NCBI GenBank assembly: GCA_036012755.1
Contig: DASCPX010000147.1
Location: 720-64,719, forward strand
Direction of reading: 5' to 3'
DNA length: 64,000 nt
DNA from: Myxococcota bacterium
GTDB lineage: Bacteria; Myxococcota_A; UBA796; CAJQPC01
A program made the translations under genes and the position numbers. Each line of letters opens with the position of its first letter. Position 1 is the stretch's first letter. The notes under the pieces were generated by a model. The model saw nothing but the letters and a program-made list of their open reading frames with translations. It searched no databases and was not told where the DNA came from. Below are positions 1 through 9,968 of this stretch, in pieces.

Positions 1-1388
1 ACGACGACTGCCAATTCTTCGGTGGCGTCGCCCCCAGCGCGCCGGCTGCGGTGATCCTGGGCGAGGACACGAGCGTGGCCTGCTGCGGCTCGAACACCGG
101 CTTCATCCTTGCCGGCGGTGACGACCTGAGCGGAGACGGGATCCCGGATCTCGTGACGTGGTCCGAGGCTGGTGGCCTGGACGGCCGCGTGCTGGAGGGG
201 CCCTTCGAGGGCGAGCACACCACCGAGGAGTGGGAGGGGGGCATCCCGTCGCTGGCTGCGGAGCGCTACTACACGTCCATCGCGACGGGTGACTTCAACG
301 GCGATGGTGTCGCCGATCTGGCGCTCGGCGAGATGATGGCGTTCGATGAAGTGGACTACTCCTGGTCGGGCGGTGCGAGCGTGGTTCTCGGGCCGATCGA
401 CGATGCTGTTTGGCTTGGGCAATTCGATGCGACGGTTACGGGCGAGCGGGGCGGATACAGTGGTAGAGCGATAGTCGATGGTGACTTTGATGGAGATGGA
501 ATTGGCGACCTGGCGATCTCGAATCCCGCGTGGAATGGTGAGGTTCACGTTGTCGATGGTCCAACACTCGTCGGCGGTGGCGCCCTCCAGAGCATCGCAA
601 CTTCTACGCTTTTCATTACCGACGGCGCGATCGGGAATGGCGTAGCGGTAGGGGACTTGAACGTTGATGGCGTCGAGGATCTGCTGGTCTGGTCTTCTCG
701 TGCCTCCCTTGACCCGCTCTTCGGCTCGCTGTCGCTGGTGTCTGGCCCCATTCCGGCTGGGAGTCTCGAGATTCTCGACACTGCGTCAATCGTATTCGAC
801 GACGCTCCGTACCCCTGTGCGGGGCATGCATTTGAGGTTGCAATCTCGCTGGTCGATACGTTGGGAACCGGGACTCCGGCTACCCTTCTGGCAGCCCAGA
901 CCTGTGACGAAACACGTCCCTACGCTTGGGTCTTCTCGGGGCCGTTTTCTATCAACGAGCACATGTCCAGTGCTGGTGCCACGCTATCTACGAACGACAT
1001 TGGCTACCCCGGCCGAATCGACGCCGACCGCGCAGGAGACCTGGACGACGACGGCTTCGAAGACCTCGTCATCGGTATCGGCGGTGGTGGCGACGGCGAC
1101 CCCTGGGGCCCCGGCCGTGCCTACGTCGTCTTCGGACCCGTGAGCGGCCACATCGTGCTGGAAGAGGACGCCTTCGGCATGCTCGAGGGATCACTCGCCC
1201 CCTTCGAGACATGCAAGACCGACGGCTGCGAGCACCCTGGCAGCATGTTCGGCTGGCAGGTCGTGGGCGGCACGGACTACACCGGCGACGGACACCCGGA
1301 TGTCGTGGTCGGTGCGCCGGGCTTCGAGGTGGACACGAGCTCGAACCAGAAAGGGCCAGGAGCTGTCTACATCTTCTCGGGTCAGTAG
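1..1388 (+). CDS. FG-GAP/integrin-alpha-like beta-propeller repeat protein (5' partial)
   Basis: Frame open from the window edge; repeated GDxxGDGxxDL motifs (GDFNGDGVADL, GDFDGDGIGDL, GDLNVDGVEDL, GDLDDDGFEDL), VVGAPG and GAVYIF. Confidence 0.85.
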   Translation, partial: DDCQFFGGVAPSAPAAVILGEDTSVACCGSNTGFILAGGDDLSGDGIPDLVTWSEAGGLDGRVLEGPFEGEHTTEEWEGGIPSLAAERYYTSIATGDFNGDGVADLALGEMMAFDEVDYSWSGGASVVLGPIDDAVWLGQFDATVTGERGGYSGRAIVDGDFDGDGIGDLAISNPAWNGEVHVVDGPTLVGGGALQSIATSTLFITDGAIGNGVAVGDLNVDGVEDLLVWSSRASLDPLFGSLSLVSGPIPAGSLEILDTASIVFDDAPYPCAGHAFEVAISLVDTLGTGTPATLLAAQTCDETRPYAWVFSGPFSINEHMSSAGATLSTNDIGYPGRIDADRAGDLDDDGFEDLVIGIGGGGDGDPWGPGRAYVVFGPVSGHIVLEEDAFGMLEGSLAPFETCKTDGCEHPGSMFGWQVVGGTDYTGDGHPDVVVGAPGFEVDTSSNQKGPGAVYIFSGQ

Positions 1389-1487
1389 CAGCCTGGACAG
1401 CCCTGCGTGCCAACGCGTTGGTTCGGCGTCTCGAGGTCTTTCCGGGCCTACCAGAGCATGTCGGCGTGAAGGCGCTCCCCTCCTCGA

Positions 1488-2084
1488 TCAGAAGCCCTCG
1501 AGGAGCTCCTGCTTCTTGCGCTCGAACTCCTCTTCGGTGAGCAGGCCGCTGGAGAAGGCGTCCTTGAGCTGCTCCAGCTTGTCCTTCAGCGTCGCGTTGC
1601 CCTTCGCGGAGGCCTGCTTCTCGGCCTTCTTCTCTTCGTAGACCCGCTTGAACATGGACTGCAGATCCTCTTGGGGAACGCCTCGTCCGTTGCGGAAGTA
1701 GTGGTCGCTGACCTCGCCGATGGCGTAGGTGAGCGCATAGGTCATCGCGATCGAGATGGCCCAGCCCGCGAAGGGGATGAACTTCACTGCCGTGGCAATG
1801 ACCGCCTGGGCCGCGATGCTGGCGCCGAAGCTGGTGAGGATCTCGATCACCGACTTCTGGTCGAGCTTGTAGCCGTGGACCTTGCCGATGGCCTGCACCA
1901 TCGCGATCTGGATCGGCGAGATGAGGGCGATGTCGAGGAAGGGGATCGGCTGGACGGCGATTGCCCCCGCGGCGACCGAGCAGACCTGGATGACGTCGCG
2001 GACCGCCGCTGACTTCTCGTCGGGCGAGGCGTCTTCGTAGCTGCCTCGCGTCACTCGGGAGATGGTGTCCATGTAGCCGGCCAT
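1488..2084 (-). CDS. DUF697/YcjF-like membrane-associated protein with C-terminal SHOCT domain
   Basis: QPIPFLDIALISPIQIAMV...KFIPFAG motif; C-terminus LEQLKDAFSSGLLTEEEFERKKQELL; ATG 2084 preceded by GGAG. Confidence 0.8.
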   Translation of the reverse strand: MAGYMDTISRVTRGSYEDASPDEKSAAVRDVIQVCSVAAGAIAVQPIPFLDIALISPIQIAMVQAIGKVHGYKLDQKSVIEILTSFGASIAAQAVIATAVKFIPFAGWAISIAMTYALTYAIGEVSDHYFRNGRGVPQEDLQSMFKRVYEEKKAEKQASAKGNATLKDKLEQLKDAFSSGLLTEEEFERKKQELLEGF

Positions 2085-2284
2085 CTGGGAGCTCCGGGGC
2101 TTCGGGGAGGGATACGTCCGAAGCGCTGATGGCCTTTCACACACTGGTACCTGGCGAGCCAGACGAAGTACCTGACAAGCCTCTGACGTAGTCGCTCCCG
2201 AAGACTTGGAACCCGGAGTCTCCAGAGGAGTCGCTGTAAGGGTCCTCTGGGCTTCGGCGTTGTCCGGGCCGAAGGAGTCTCGTC

Positions 2285-4675
2285 ATGCGTCAGTGGGTCA
2301 TTCGAATCGTTGGCGTCACCACCTTGTGTGCGCTCAGCTTTGGTCTCGGGGTCGGCTTCGACAGCTCGGGGCCAGAGAACTTCGATGTCGTCGACCTCGA
2401 GGACTTCGGCGACGAAGACCGCGCCTCCTGGCGGGAGCTGCTGCCTGCGCTGCGGGCCAGCGCCGACGGAGACCAGCTGCGGTACATCGCGCTGGACACC
2501 CTCGATGTCGCCGAGAGCGACGTCGCCAGGGCCGAGGCCATCCAGGTCCTGGGCTGGGTCGGCGCGGACGAGGACGCAGAGCTCCTCTATGTCTTCGTCA
2601 TCGAGGGGCCCCTGGTCATCTCGCACGAGGCCATCGAGGCCCTGGGCCACCTCGGCACGCCGAGCGCGGTGGACTACCTCGTGCAGCTGCACGAGCGAAA
2701 CGACCCCAAGTGGCGAAACCAGGTGCTGTCCGCCCTCGGAGCCAGCGGCTCTGAGGTCGGGCTCGAGATCCTGGAGGAGAGCCTCGACGATCCGAACGTC
2801 AGCAGCTGGGCTGCCTGGGGGCTGGCGGCCAACGGCTCCAACCAGGCCGCCCGCGTCCTGGTCCGTGCCTTCGAGGACGGTGGCTCGAAACAGGCCTGGG
2901 GACACGCCAACGCGCTGGCGACCTTCCCGAACGAGTCCGTTCCGGCCGCTCGCGCCGCGCTCCGCAAGGCACTCCGGGGTGGCGACGCCGACAAGCGGCA
3001 GGCCGCGATGAACGCCCTCGCCAGCGTGCGCGACCCGGGCATCTACGAGGCCCTCGTCAAGGCCGCGACGTCGAACAACACCAACGTGCAGTACCAGGGC
3101 ATCAGCGCTCTGGGAACCCTAGGAGACGAGCGGGCCGTGCCGGTGCTCGAGCGCATCGCCCGTGACGGCAGCGTCCGGGTCCGCACCTCCGCGGTCTATG
3201 CCATCGGCTCCATCGGCGGTGACTCGGCGCGCATGGCGCTGGTCGAGCTGGTCGAGGTCGGCCCCTCCGACACCGCTGGCGCCGCCGCGGCTGCCTTCCC
3301 CGACCTGGGCGAGCCCGACGTGGTCGAGGTCCTGCTGTGGGCGATCGACAACCGCGGCACCTCGGTGCGCGACCAGGCTCGCAACCGCCTGTTCTCCAAC
3401 TCCTGGCCGAAGGGCTCGGTGCCGGAGGAGATCCTCGACATCGCTCGGGATCACATCCGCAACGCAGGCGGAAACACCTGGGCGGGCAACGCCTACACCT
3501 TCCTCCTGCAGCACGGCGACGCCGGCGACGAGGACATGATCCGCGAGATCCTCTTCGAGGGCTCGGCCCAGCAGAAGTCCGACGCTCTCTACGCGCTCCA
3601 GACCCAGCCCGACCTGCTCTCGAACGACCTGCTCCTCGAGCTCCTCCAGGACGGCGACCCCAACGTCCGCCGCTCCGCGCTCTCGGCTCTGCAGAGTCGG
3701 GGTGACGAGGTCAGCGAGGAGCTCCAGGACGTCTTGCTCGAGCGCCTCGAGGACGGCACCGGCGGCATGGGCTGGGACGACACCGAGCAGGCCCTGGCCA
3801 GCCTCGGCACAGCCACCGCGCGCCGGGCCTTGATGGAGCGGGTCGAGGGCGGCACGGGCCAGGAGGCGCGCCGGGCGCTGTCCGCCATCGTCTACGGCGG
3901 CGACGCCGAGCAGATCGACGAGCTCTACGACATCCTGCAGTCCGCCGAGGACGAGGACGTGCGGCGTCGAATCTACGACACGATGCTCTACAGCAACGCC
4001 CCCAACGTCGAGGACTTCGTCCAGCACGCGCTGGACGAAGAGGACCCCAGGATCGCCTCGTCGGCGGTCAGCGCCCTGGGTCGTCTCGGCACGCCGGAGT
4101 CCCGCGACCAGATCCTCGACCTGCTCGACCACGACGCCATCGAGGTCCGCTCCGCGGCGATGAGCGCGATGGCCCAGCAGGGCGGACCCGACGCAGAGCG
4201 CATCCTGCTGGAGGGTCTCGAGGACGAGGAGATGTCCTCCTACGCCCTGTCCGGTCTCCAGACCCTGGGGACCAAGGGGGCTCGAGAGGCCCTCGTCGAC
4301 GTCGCTCGCAGCTCAGAGGACACCAACCTGCGCACCCAGGCGCTCTACGCCATCGCCTGGAACGGCGGCGCGGAGGGCGAGACCGCGATCATCGACGCCC
4401 TCGGCGACGAGGACGAGACGGTGCGCTCGACCGCCATCTACGCCATCCAGACCGGAGGCTCGACCAACGGGGCCGTGGCCCTCGGTGACTTCATCGCCGA
4501 CGGTGATCCGGAGGATCCGGCCATGGTCCAGGCCGCCCAGGTGCTCCAGGGCATGGGCGGTTCCGCCGCAGAGGACCACTCAGAGCTCATCGAGGAGATC
4601 CTCGGCTCCCAGGGCGACACGATGATGTACGACACCGGCATCCGCATCCACATGGGCGAGATCTACTTCGAGTGA
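2285..4675 (+). CDS. HEAT/PBS-lyase repeat protein with N-terminal signal or membrane anchor
   Basis: 796 aa ORF with many VRxxAxxALGxLG-type repeats and a hydrophobic N-terminus. Confidence 0.85.
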   Translation: MRQWVIRIVGVTTLCALSFGLGVGFDSSGPENFDVVDLEDFGDEDRASWRELLPALRASADGDQLRYIALDTLDVAESDVARAEAIQVLGWVGADEDAELLYVFVIEGPLVISHEAIEALGHLGTPSAVDYLVQLHERNDPKWRNQVLSALGASGSEVGLEILEESLDDPNVSSWAAWGLAANGSNQAARVLVRAFEDGGSKQAWGHANALATFPNESVPAARAALRKALRGGDADKRQAAMNALASVRDPGIYEALVKAATSNNTNVQYQGISALGTLGDERAVPVLERIARDGSVRVRTSAVYAIGSIGGDSARMALVELVEVGPSDTAGAAAAAFPDLGEPDVVEVLLWAIDNRGTSVRDQARNRLFSNSWPKGSVPEEILDIARDHIRNAGGNTWAGNAYTFLLQHGDAGDEDMIREILFEGSAQQKSDALYALQTQPDLLSNDLLLELLQDGDPNVRRSALSALQSRGDEVSEELQDVLLERLEDGTGGMGWDDTEQALASLGTATARRALMERVEGGTGQEARRALSAIVYGGDAEQIDELYDILQSAEDEDVRRRIYDTMLYSNAPNVEDFVQHALDEEDPRIASSAVSALGRLGTPESRDQILDLLDHDAIEVRSAAMSAMAQQGGPDAERILLEGLEDEEMSSYALSGLQTLGTKGAREALVDVARSSEDTNLRTQALYAIAWNGGAEGETAIIDALGDEDETVRSTAIYAIQTGGSTNGAVALGDFIADGDPEDPAMVQAAQVLQGMGGSAAEDHSELIEEILGSQGDTMMYDTGIRIHMGEIYFE

Positions 4676-4678
4676 GCC

Positions 4679-5311
4679 CTACTGCTCGGCGCCGCACTCC
4701 GGGCAGGTGCTGGCGAGGGACAGCAGCTCGTCTCCGCAGCTGGCGCAGGTCTTCCAGGACTCCGCGGCGAACTCGGCGGCGGTCATGCGGAAGGGGTCGA
4801 TCTCGGCCGAGTCCGCGCCGCAGCTGGGGCAGATGGTCTCTTCGTCCAGCGCCGTGAGGCAGGTCCCGCAGAGGGCGAGGTCGTCATCCTTGATCATGTC
4901 GGAGGGCTCGACCGTGGGCTCCTCGCCGCTCTCCCGGCGCTGGCGGAGCTCGGTGGCCACGTCTTGGAGCGCCGAGCCGACCAGGTTCAGACCGCTGATG
5001 ACCTGCTCGCTCTGGAGCACGCGGCCGAAGCGACCCGCCAGGCCGCGGAAGGCGCCACCCCCTGGGAGATCCCGCTCCTCTGCGAGCCTCCGAGCCTCTC
5101 CGACGAGGCCGTCGAAGCGCTCGGCGAGCAGGGCCTTGGCCTCCTCGGCCGGGATCTCGAAGCCCTCGATGGCCCGCCGGTTCACGTCTCGCGGCTTGCC
5201 CGGCACGGGGACCAGCGGCACGACGAGGTAGGCGCCATCTGGCAGACCTGTGCCTGCTGGCACGAGGTAGAAGAGCTGCCGCGAAGGGTTGACGAAGAGC
5301 GTGTCGGCCAT
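4679..5311 (-). CDS. hypothetical protein with C-terminal double zinc ribbon
   Basis: Four CxxC motifs (CGTC, CPSC, CASC, CPEC). Confidence 0.7.
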   Translation of the reverse strand: MADTLFVNPSRQLFYLVPAGTGLPDGAYLVVPLVPVPGKPRDVNRRAIEGFEIPAEEAKALLAERFDGLVGEARRLAEERDLPGGGAFRGLAGRFGRVLQSEQVISGLNLVGSALQDVATELRQRRESGEEPTVEPSDMIKDDDLALCGTCLTALDEETICPSCGADSAEIDPFRMTAAEFAAESWKTCASCGDELLSLASTCPECGAEQ

Positions 5312-5321
5312 CGCCCGGCGT

Positions 5322-5463
5322 CTATCCCCTCAGCGCTTCGAGGTCCCGACACAGCTCCGAGAACTGGATGGCGGAGACCTCGGACCAGCTCGCGGCCTTG
5401 CCCCTGGGCGTCGATCTCCCAGGACTTGTTGGACTTCGCGTCGGTGAACTCGAGACGTCGCAT
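5322..5463 (-). pseudogene. collapsed WGR...DUF4132 (MolR/YehI-like) gene remnant
   Basis: ATG 5463 gives the WGR-type start MRRLEFTDAKSNKSWEIDAQG; after a GGGG run the next frame gives KAASWSEVSAIQFSELCRDLEALRG*, resembling a DUF4132-family C-terminus; divergent from yehL. Confidence 0.7.
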
Positions 5464-5476
5464 TAGAGATTCCCCC

Positions 5477-6574
5477 ATGTCCGAGAAAAAAGAGAACAAG
5501 GCACTGCAGCGCCCACCCGCTGAGGTGGTCTACGCCGGGGAACTGAAACTACTGCGCGAGAGCGACGAGGATCCCAGACCCCTGGGCTGGGGGCTCAGTC
5601 CGCGGGCCGTGAGGCGCTTCGTGCTGGGCGACGACGAGGCAGGCATCACCAGGAAGTTCGTCGGCAATCCCAGCCTCGTGGATCGAGCGATGGTGGCGCT
5701 GGCGACCAACCGGGGGCTCTTGCTCGTCGGCGAGCCGGGCACGGCCAAGAGCCTGCTCTCCGAGCTCCTGTGCGCGGCGATCTGCGGCGACTCGACCCTG
5801 ACGATCCAGGGAGGCGCCGCCACCACAGAGGACCAGATCAAGTACGGCTGGAACTACGCGCTCCTGCTGGCGGAGGGGCCCTCCACCCGGAGCCTCGTCC
5901 CGGCGCCGCTGTACAAGGGCATGCGCGAAGGCCGCATCGTGCGCTTCGAGGAGATCACGCGTTGTCCGCCAGAGGTGCAGGACAGCCTCCTGTCGATGCT
6001 CTCGGACCGGGTCATGGCCGTGCCGGAGCTCGGGGACGAGGCCATGCTGTTCGCCCGGGACGGCTTCAACCTCCTCGCCACGGCCAACACCAGGGACCGC
6101 GGCGTGAACGAGATGAGCGCGGCGCTGAAGCGGCGGCTCAACTTCGAGACCGTCTTCCCCATTCCGGACTTCGACGTCGAGCTGCGGCTGGTGCGCGAGG
6201 AGACACGGCGGCGGCTGGAGCGCGCTGGCGTGCCCAGCCCCCCACCAGAGGACCTCTTGAGGATGCTCGTCACCAGCTTCCGTGAGCTGCGCTCCGGCGA
6301 GACCCAGGAAGGCCAGGTCCTCGATCGGCTCTCCACGATCATGTCGACCGCCGAGTGCGTGTCGGTGGGCTTCGCCCTTGGCATCAAGGGGCACTTCCTC
6401 AGCGGGGGCGAGCCCACCGCCGGGGATCTGCTGGACTGCATCGCGGGGGCCGCGGTGAAGGACGATCCAGAGGACCTCAAGCGTCTCCGGCGCTACCTCG
6501 AGCAGCGCGTCGCCCGGCGTGGCGGGCTGTTGTGGAAGGAGCTCTACGAAGCCAGGAGCCGCCTGCCTGGATGA
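5477..6574 (+). CDS. yehL: MoxR-type AAA+ ATPase, YehL family
   Basis: LQRPPAE N-terminus, Walker A GEPGTAKS, VRFEEITRC, TANTRDRGVNEMSAALKRR. Confidence 0.9.
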   Translation: MSEKKENKALQRPPAEVVYAGELKLLRESDEDPRPLGWGLSPRAVRRFVLGDDEAGITRKFVGNPSLVDRAMVALATNRGLLLVGEPGTAKSLLSELLCAAICGDSTLTIQGGAATTEDQIKYGWNYALLLAEGPSTRSLVPAPLYKGMREGRIVRFEEITRCPPEVQDSLLSMLSDRVMAVPELGDEAMLFARDGFNLLATANTRDRGVNEMSAALKRRLNFETVFPIPDFDVELRLVREETRRRLERAGVPSPPPEDLLRMLVTSFRELRSGETQEGQVLDRLSTIMSTAECVSVGFALGIKGHFLSGGEPTAGDLLDCIAGAAVKDDPEDLKRLRRYLEQRVARRGGLLWKELYEARSRLPG

Positions 6575-8826
6575 GCCCGATCGTGCTCGGCGTCCGGCAC
6601 CACAGCCCCGCTTGCGCCCGGGTGGTGCAGGACGTGATCCGGCGACAGTCGCCTGCCTTCGTGCTCATCGAGGGCCCGGTGGACTACAACGAGCGCATCG
6701 ACGAGCTGCTGCTTGGCCACCAGCTGCCCGTGGCGGTCTTCTCCTTCATGCACTCCGCGGCCCGCAGCCACGCCAGCTGGTCACCCCTGTGTGACTACTC
6801 GCCGGAGTACGTCGCCCTGCGCGCCGGGCGGGAGCAGGGGGCGGAGCTCCGCTTCATGGACCTGCCGGTCTGGGCCGAGCGCTTCCAGTTGGTGCGCAAC
6901 CGCTATGCGGACCGCCGCGCCGACGGGCTCGACGTTCGCAGGCTCTGCCAGCGGCTCGGGGTCGACGGCAGCGACGCCCTCTGGGACCACCTCTTCGAGC
7001 AGCCGGACGAGCTGGACGCGCTGCGAGAGCGGCTGCGCCTGTACTTCATCGAGCTCCGCGGGGATCACGACGCGGGCATCGACGCCGCCCGCGAGGCCCA
7101 CATGGCCCGCTGCGTCCGCTGGGCCATCGACCAGGATCGGGGTCCGGTGGTGGTCGTCTGTGGGGGGTGGCACGCCCCGGCGCTCGAAGAGCAGTGGCAG
7201 AAGGCCGAGCCAGGCTGGCCCGAGCCCATCGAGGCCCCGGAGCAGGCCCGCATCGGCAGCTACCTCGTGCCCTACAGCTTCAAGCGCCTCGACTCCTTCG
7301 TCGGCTACGAGTCCGGCATGCCCTCGCCCTCCTGGTACCAGGCGGTGTGGGACGTCGGGCCCCAGCGCGCTCCCGAGCTGTTGCTGGAGCGCTCGGTGAA
7401 GCGCCTGCGTGGCAAGAAGCAGGTGGTCTCCCCGGCCGACGTCATCGCCACGTGGACCCTGGCCCAGGGGCTGCGCCAGCTGAGGGGGCATCGCGCTGTC
7501 GCTCGGGTGGACCTGCTCGACGGCATCGCCGGGGCCTTGATCAAGCACGCGCTGGACCGTGAGTTGCCCTGGTCCGGGCGTGGCCGTCTCGAAGCTGGCA
7601 CCGACCCGGTGCTGGTCGAGGTCGTCGCGGCCTTCTCGGGCGAGGGCAAGGGCTCGCTCCATCCCGACACCCCTCGGCCTCCGCTGTTGGCAGATGTGCG
7701 CGCGGAGCTGGAGAACCACGACCTCGTCCCCACCGCGAGGGTGCGCGAGGTCGAGCTCGATCTGCGCGAGGAGGCCGGCCGAGGGGCGAGCCGTGTGCTC
7801 CATCGACTTCGTCTGTTGGATGTCCCCGGCTTCGCGCGCAAGCAGGGGCCGCGCAGCCCGGCGGATCCGGTGCTGTCGGAGCGCTGGGCGCTGGCGCACC
7901 ACCCCTCCACGGAGATCGCGCTCATCGAGGCCAGCGCCTTTGGGGCGACCCTCGTACAGGCCGCCGCCGCCCGCGTCGAGGCGCTCCTGGCGCAGAGCGC
8001 CGGTCTCGACGAACTCTCGATCGCCCTGTTGCAGGCCGTCTTCATCGGCATCGACTCGCTGGCTGGCAGGGTGCTGTCCAGCCTCCGGCCCCTGGTGGAG
8101 CAGGAGACGGACCTGGCCGTCCTCGGCGTCGCGGTGTCAGAGCTCATCGGTCTGTGGCGCCACGACACGCTCCTGCTCGAGGGCCGCCACGCGGGCTTGA
8201 AGGACGTCCTCGAGCAGTGCTTCGACCGGGGCCTGTGGCTCGTCGAGGGTGTCTCGGGGAGCGGCCCCGTCGACTCGGACCGTCTCCGGGCGGTGGTCGC
8301 GCTGCGGGACCTCCTGCGCCACGGCGAGGGTCTGGACCCGCGAGCGGCTTGGGGTGTCATGGAGCGCCGCGTCGGTGACCAGGACGCACCCTCCGATCTG
8401 CGAGGCGCCGCCTTGGGATTCCTCTGGTCCACCGGAGCCCCGGTCGAGGACGCCGATGGGCAGGCGGCTGCCTTGGCTCGGGGGGCACCGGTGGAGTGCC
8501 TGGGTGATGTGCTCGCCGGGCTGTTCGCCCTCGCACGCGAGGAGGTCTTGCACGCAGAGGGCCTCGTGGAGGCGATCGATGGGCGCGTCGTGGAGCTGGA
8601 GGATCGGGACTTCCTGATCGGCCTGCCGGGGCTGCGGCTCGCCTTCGAGTTCTTCCCTCCACGTGAGCGCGAGGCCCTCGCTCGTCGCGTGCTCGCCCTG
8701 CGCGGTCAGGATCCGGCCAGAGCCCGCTGTCTGCTCACTCTTCAAGCGCCGGCCAAGGTGCTCGCTTTTGGACTGCGGCTCGAGGACGAGGTCGATCGCG
8801 TGCTGACCGAGGAGGGACTGTCGTGA
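6571..8826 (+). CDS. yehM: DUF5682 family protein (YehM-like)
   Basis: GVRHHSPAC, VLIEGP, VVCGGWHAPAL, GYESGMPSP motifs; ATGA coupling to yehL. Confidence 0.88.
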   Translation: MSPIVLGVRHHSPACARVVQDVIRRQSPAFVLIEGPVDYNERIDELLLGHQLPVAVFSFMHSAARSHASWSPLCDYSPEYVALRAGREQGAELRFMDLPVWAERFQLVRNRYADRRADGLDVRRLCQRLGVDGSDALWDHLFEQPDELDALRERLRLYFIELRGDHDAGIDAAREAHMARCVRWAIDQDRGPVVVVCGGWHAPALEEQWQKAEPGWPEPIEAPEQARIGSYLVPYSFKRLDSFVGYESGMPSPSWYQAVWDVGPQRAPELLLERSVKRLRGKKQVVSPADVIATWTLAQGLRQLRGHRAVARVDLLDGIAGALIKHALDRELPWSGRGRLEAGTDPVLVEVVAAFSGEGKGSLHPDTPRPPLLADVRAELENHDLVPTARVREVELDLREEAGRGASRVLHRLRLLDVPGFARKQGPRSPADPVLSERWALAHHPSTEIALIEASAFGATLVQAAAARVEALLAQSAGLDELSIALLQAVFIGIDSLAGRVLSSLRPLVEQETDLAVLGVAVSELIGLWRHDTLLLEGRHAGLKDVLEQCFDRGLWLVEGVSGSGPVDSDRLRAVVALRDLLRHGEGLDPRAAWGVMERRVGDQDAPSDLRGAALGFLWSTGAPVEDADGQAAALARGAPVECLGDVLAGLFALAREEVLHAEGLVEAIDGRVVELEDRDFLIGLPGLRLAFEFFPPREREALARRVLALRGQDPARARCLLTLQAPAKVLAFGLRLEDEVDRVLTEEGLS

Positions 8827-9968
8827 GCCAGGACCTGACCGGGCTGCCGCCGCTGGTGCGGTGGAGGTTGCTGCTGGGAGAGTCGGCCGACGACGCCCTC
8901 GGGGGTGCTGGAGGGCTCGAGGGTGCTGCGGCAGCGGCGGACGCGGCGCTGGCCTGGCTCTATGGTCGGGACGCGGAGCTCGGAGAGCGGGACATCGCTC
9001 AGCGCGAGGCTGGAGGTGGAGGCTCGGCGATGACCGTGCCCGAGTGGATCAACGACGTGCACCGGCTCTTTCCGCAGGAGACCATCGAGCGCCTCGAGCG
9101 GGACGCCATCGAGCGCTTCGACATCACGGAGGTGGTCACCAACCCGGAGGTGCTGCGGCGCGTCGAGCCGAACGAGACCTTGCTCAGGGCGGTGCTCCAG
9201 ACCAAGCACCTGATGAACCCCGAGGTGCTGCAGTTGGCTCGGGAGCTCGTCCGAAAGGTCGTGAAGCAGCTCATGGAGGCTCTCGCCACGGACATCGAGA
9301 CAGCCTTTCGCGGTCGGCTGGACCGGCACCGCCACAGCCCCCTGCGCTACTCGCGCAACTTCGACGCCAAGGGCACCATCGCGGACAACCTCGGCAACAT
9401 CGACGCCAGGACCGGGCGCATGTTCATCAAGCGTCCGCGCTTCTTCGCGCGCACCCGCAACCACAACGCGAAGTGGCAGGTCATCCTGCTCGTCGACCAG
9501 TCCGGCTCGATGCTCAGCTCGACCATCCACGCGGCGGTGACGGCGGCCTGTCTGTGGGGACTGCCTGCCGTGAAGACCCACCTCTGCGTGTTCGACACAG
9601 AGGTCGTCGATCTCACTCGGGACATCGTCGATCCGGTCGAGACCCTGATGAAGGTCCAGCTCGGCGGCGGCACGGACATCTGCCGTGCCGTGCGCTACGG
9701 GGCTCAGCTGGTCGAGGTCCCGCGGCGGACCATCTTCGTCGTGCTCACGGACTTCTACGAGGGCGGCGATGCCTACCTGCTGGTCGAGACCATCGCCGGG
9801 CTCTGCGCCCAGGGCACTCACGTCCTCGGGCTCTGCGCCCTCGATGACAAGGCCGTGCCCGCCTACGACACCGGCCTCGCCCAGCGCTGCGCGGACGTGG
9901 GGGCCTATGTCGGCGCGATGACCCCCGGCCAGCTCGCGGGCTTCATCGCCGAGAAGGTCAAGGGATGA
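8823..9968 (+). CDS. yehP: VWA domain protein (YehP-like)
   Basis: RWRLLLG N-terminus, MIDAS DQSGSM, GGGTDI, TDFYEG. Confidence 0.9.
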   Translation: MSQDLTGLPPLVRWRLLLGESADDALGGAGGLEGAAAAADAALAWLYGRDAELGERDIAQREAGGGGSAMTVPEWINDVHRLFPQETIERLERDAIERFDITEVVTNPEVLRRVEPNETLLRAVLQTKHLMNPEVLQLARELVRKVVKQLMEALATDIETAFRGRLDRHRHSPLRYSRNFDAKGTIADNLGNIDARTGRMFIKRPRFFARTRNHNAKWQVILLVDQSGSMLSSTIHAAVTAACLWGLPAVKTHLCVFDTEVVDLTRDIVDPVETLMKVQLGGGTDICRAVRYGAQLVEVPRRTIFVVLTDFYEGGDAYLLVETIAGLCAQGTHVLGLCALDDKAVPAYDTGLAQRCADVGAYVGAMTPGQLAGFIAEKVKG

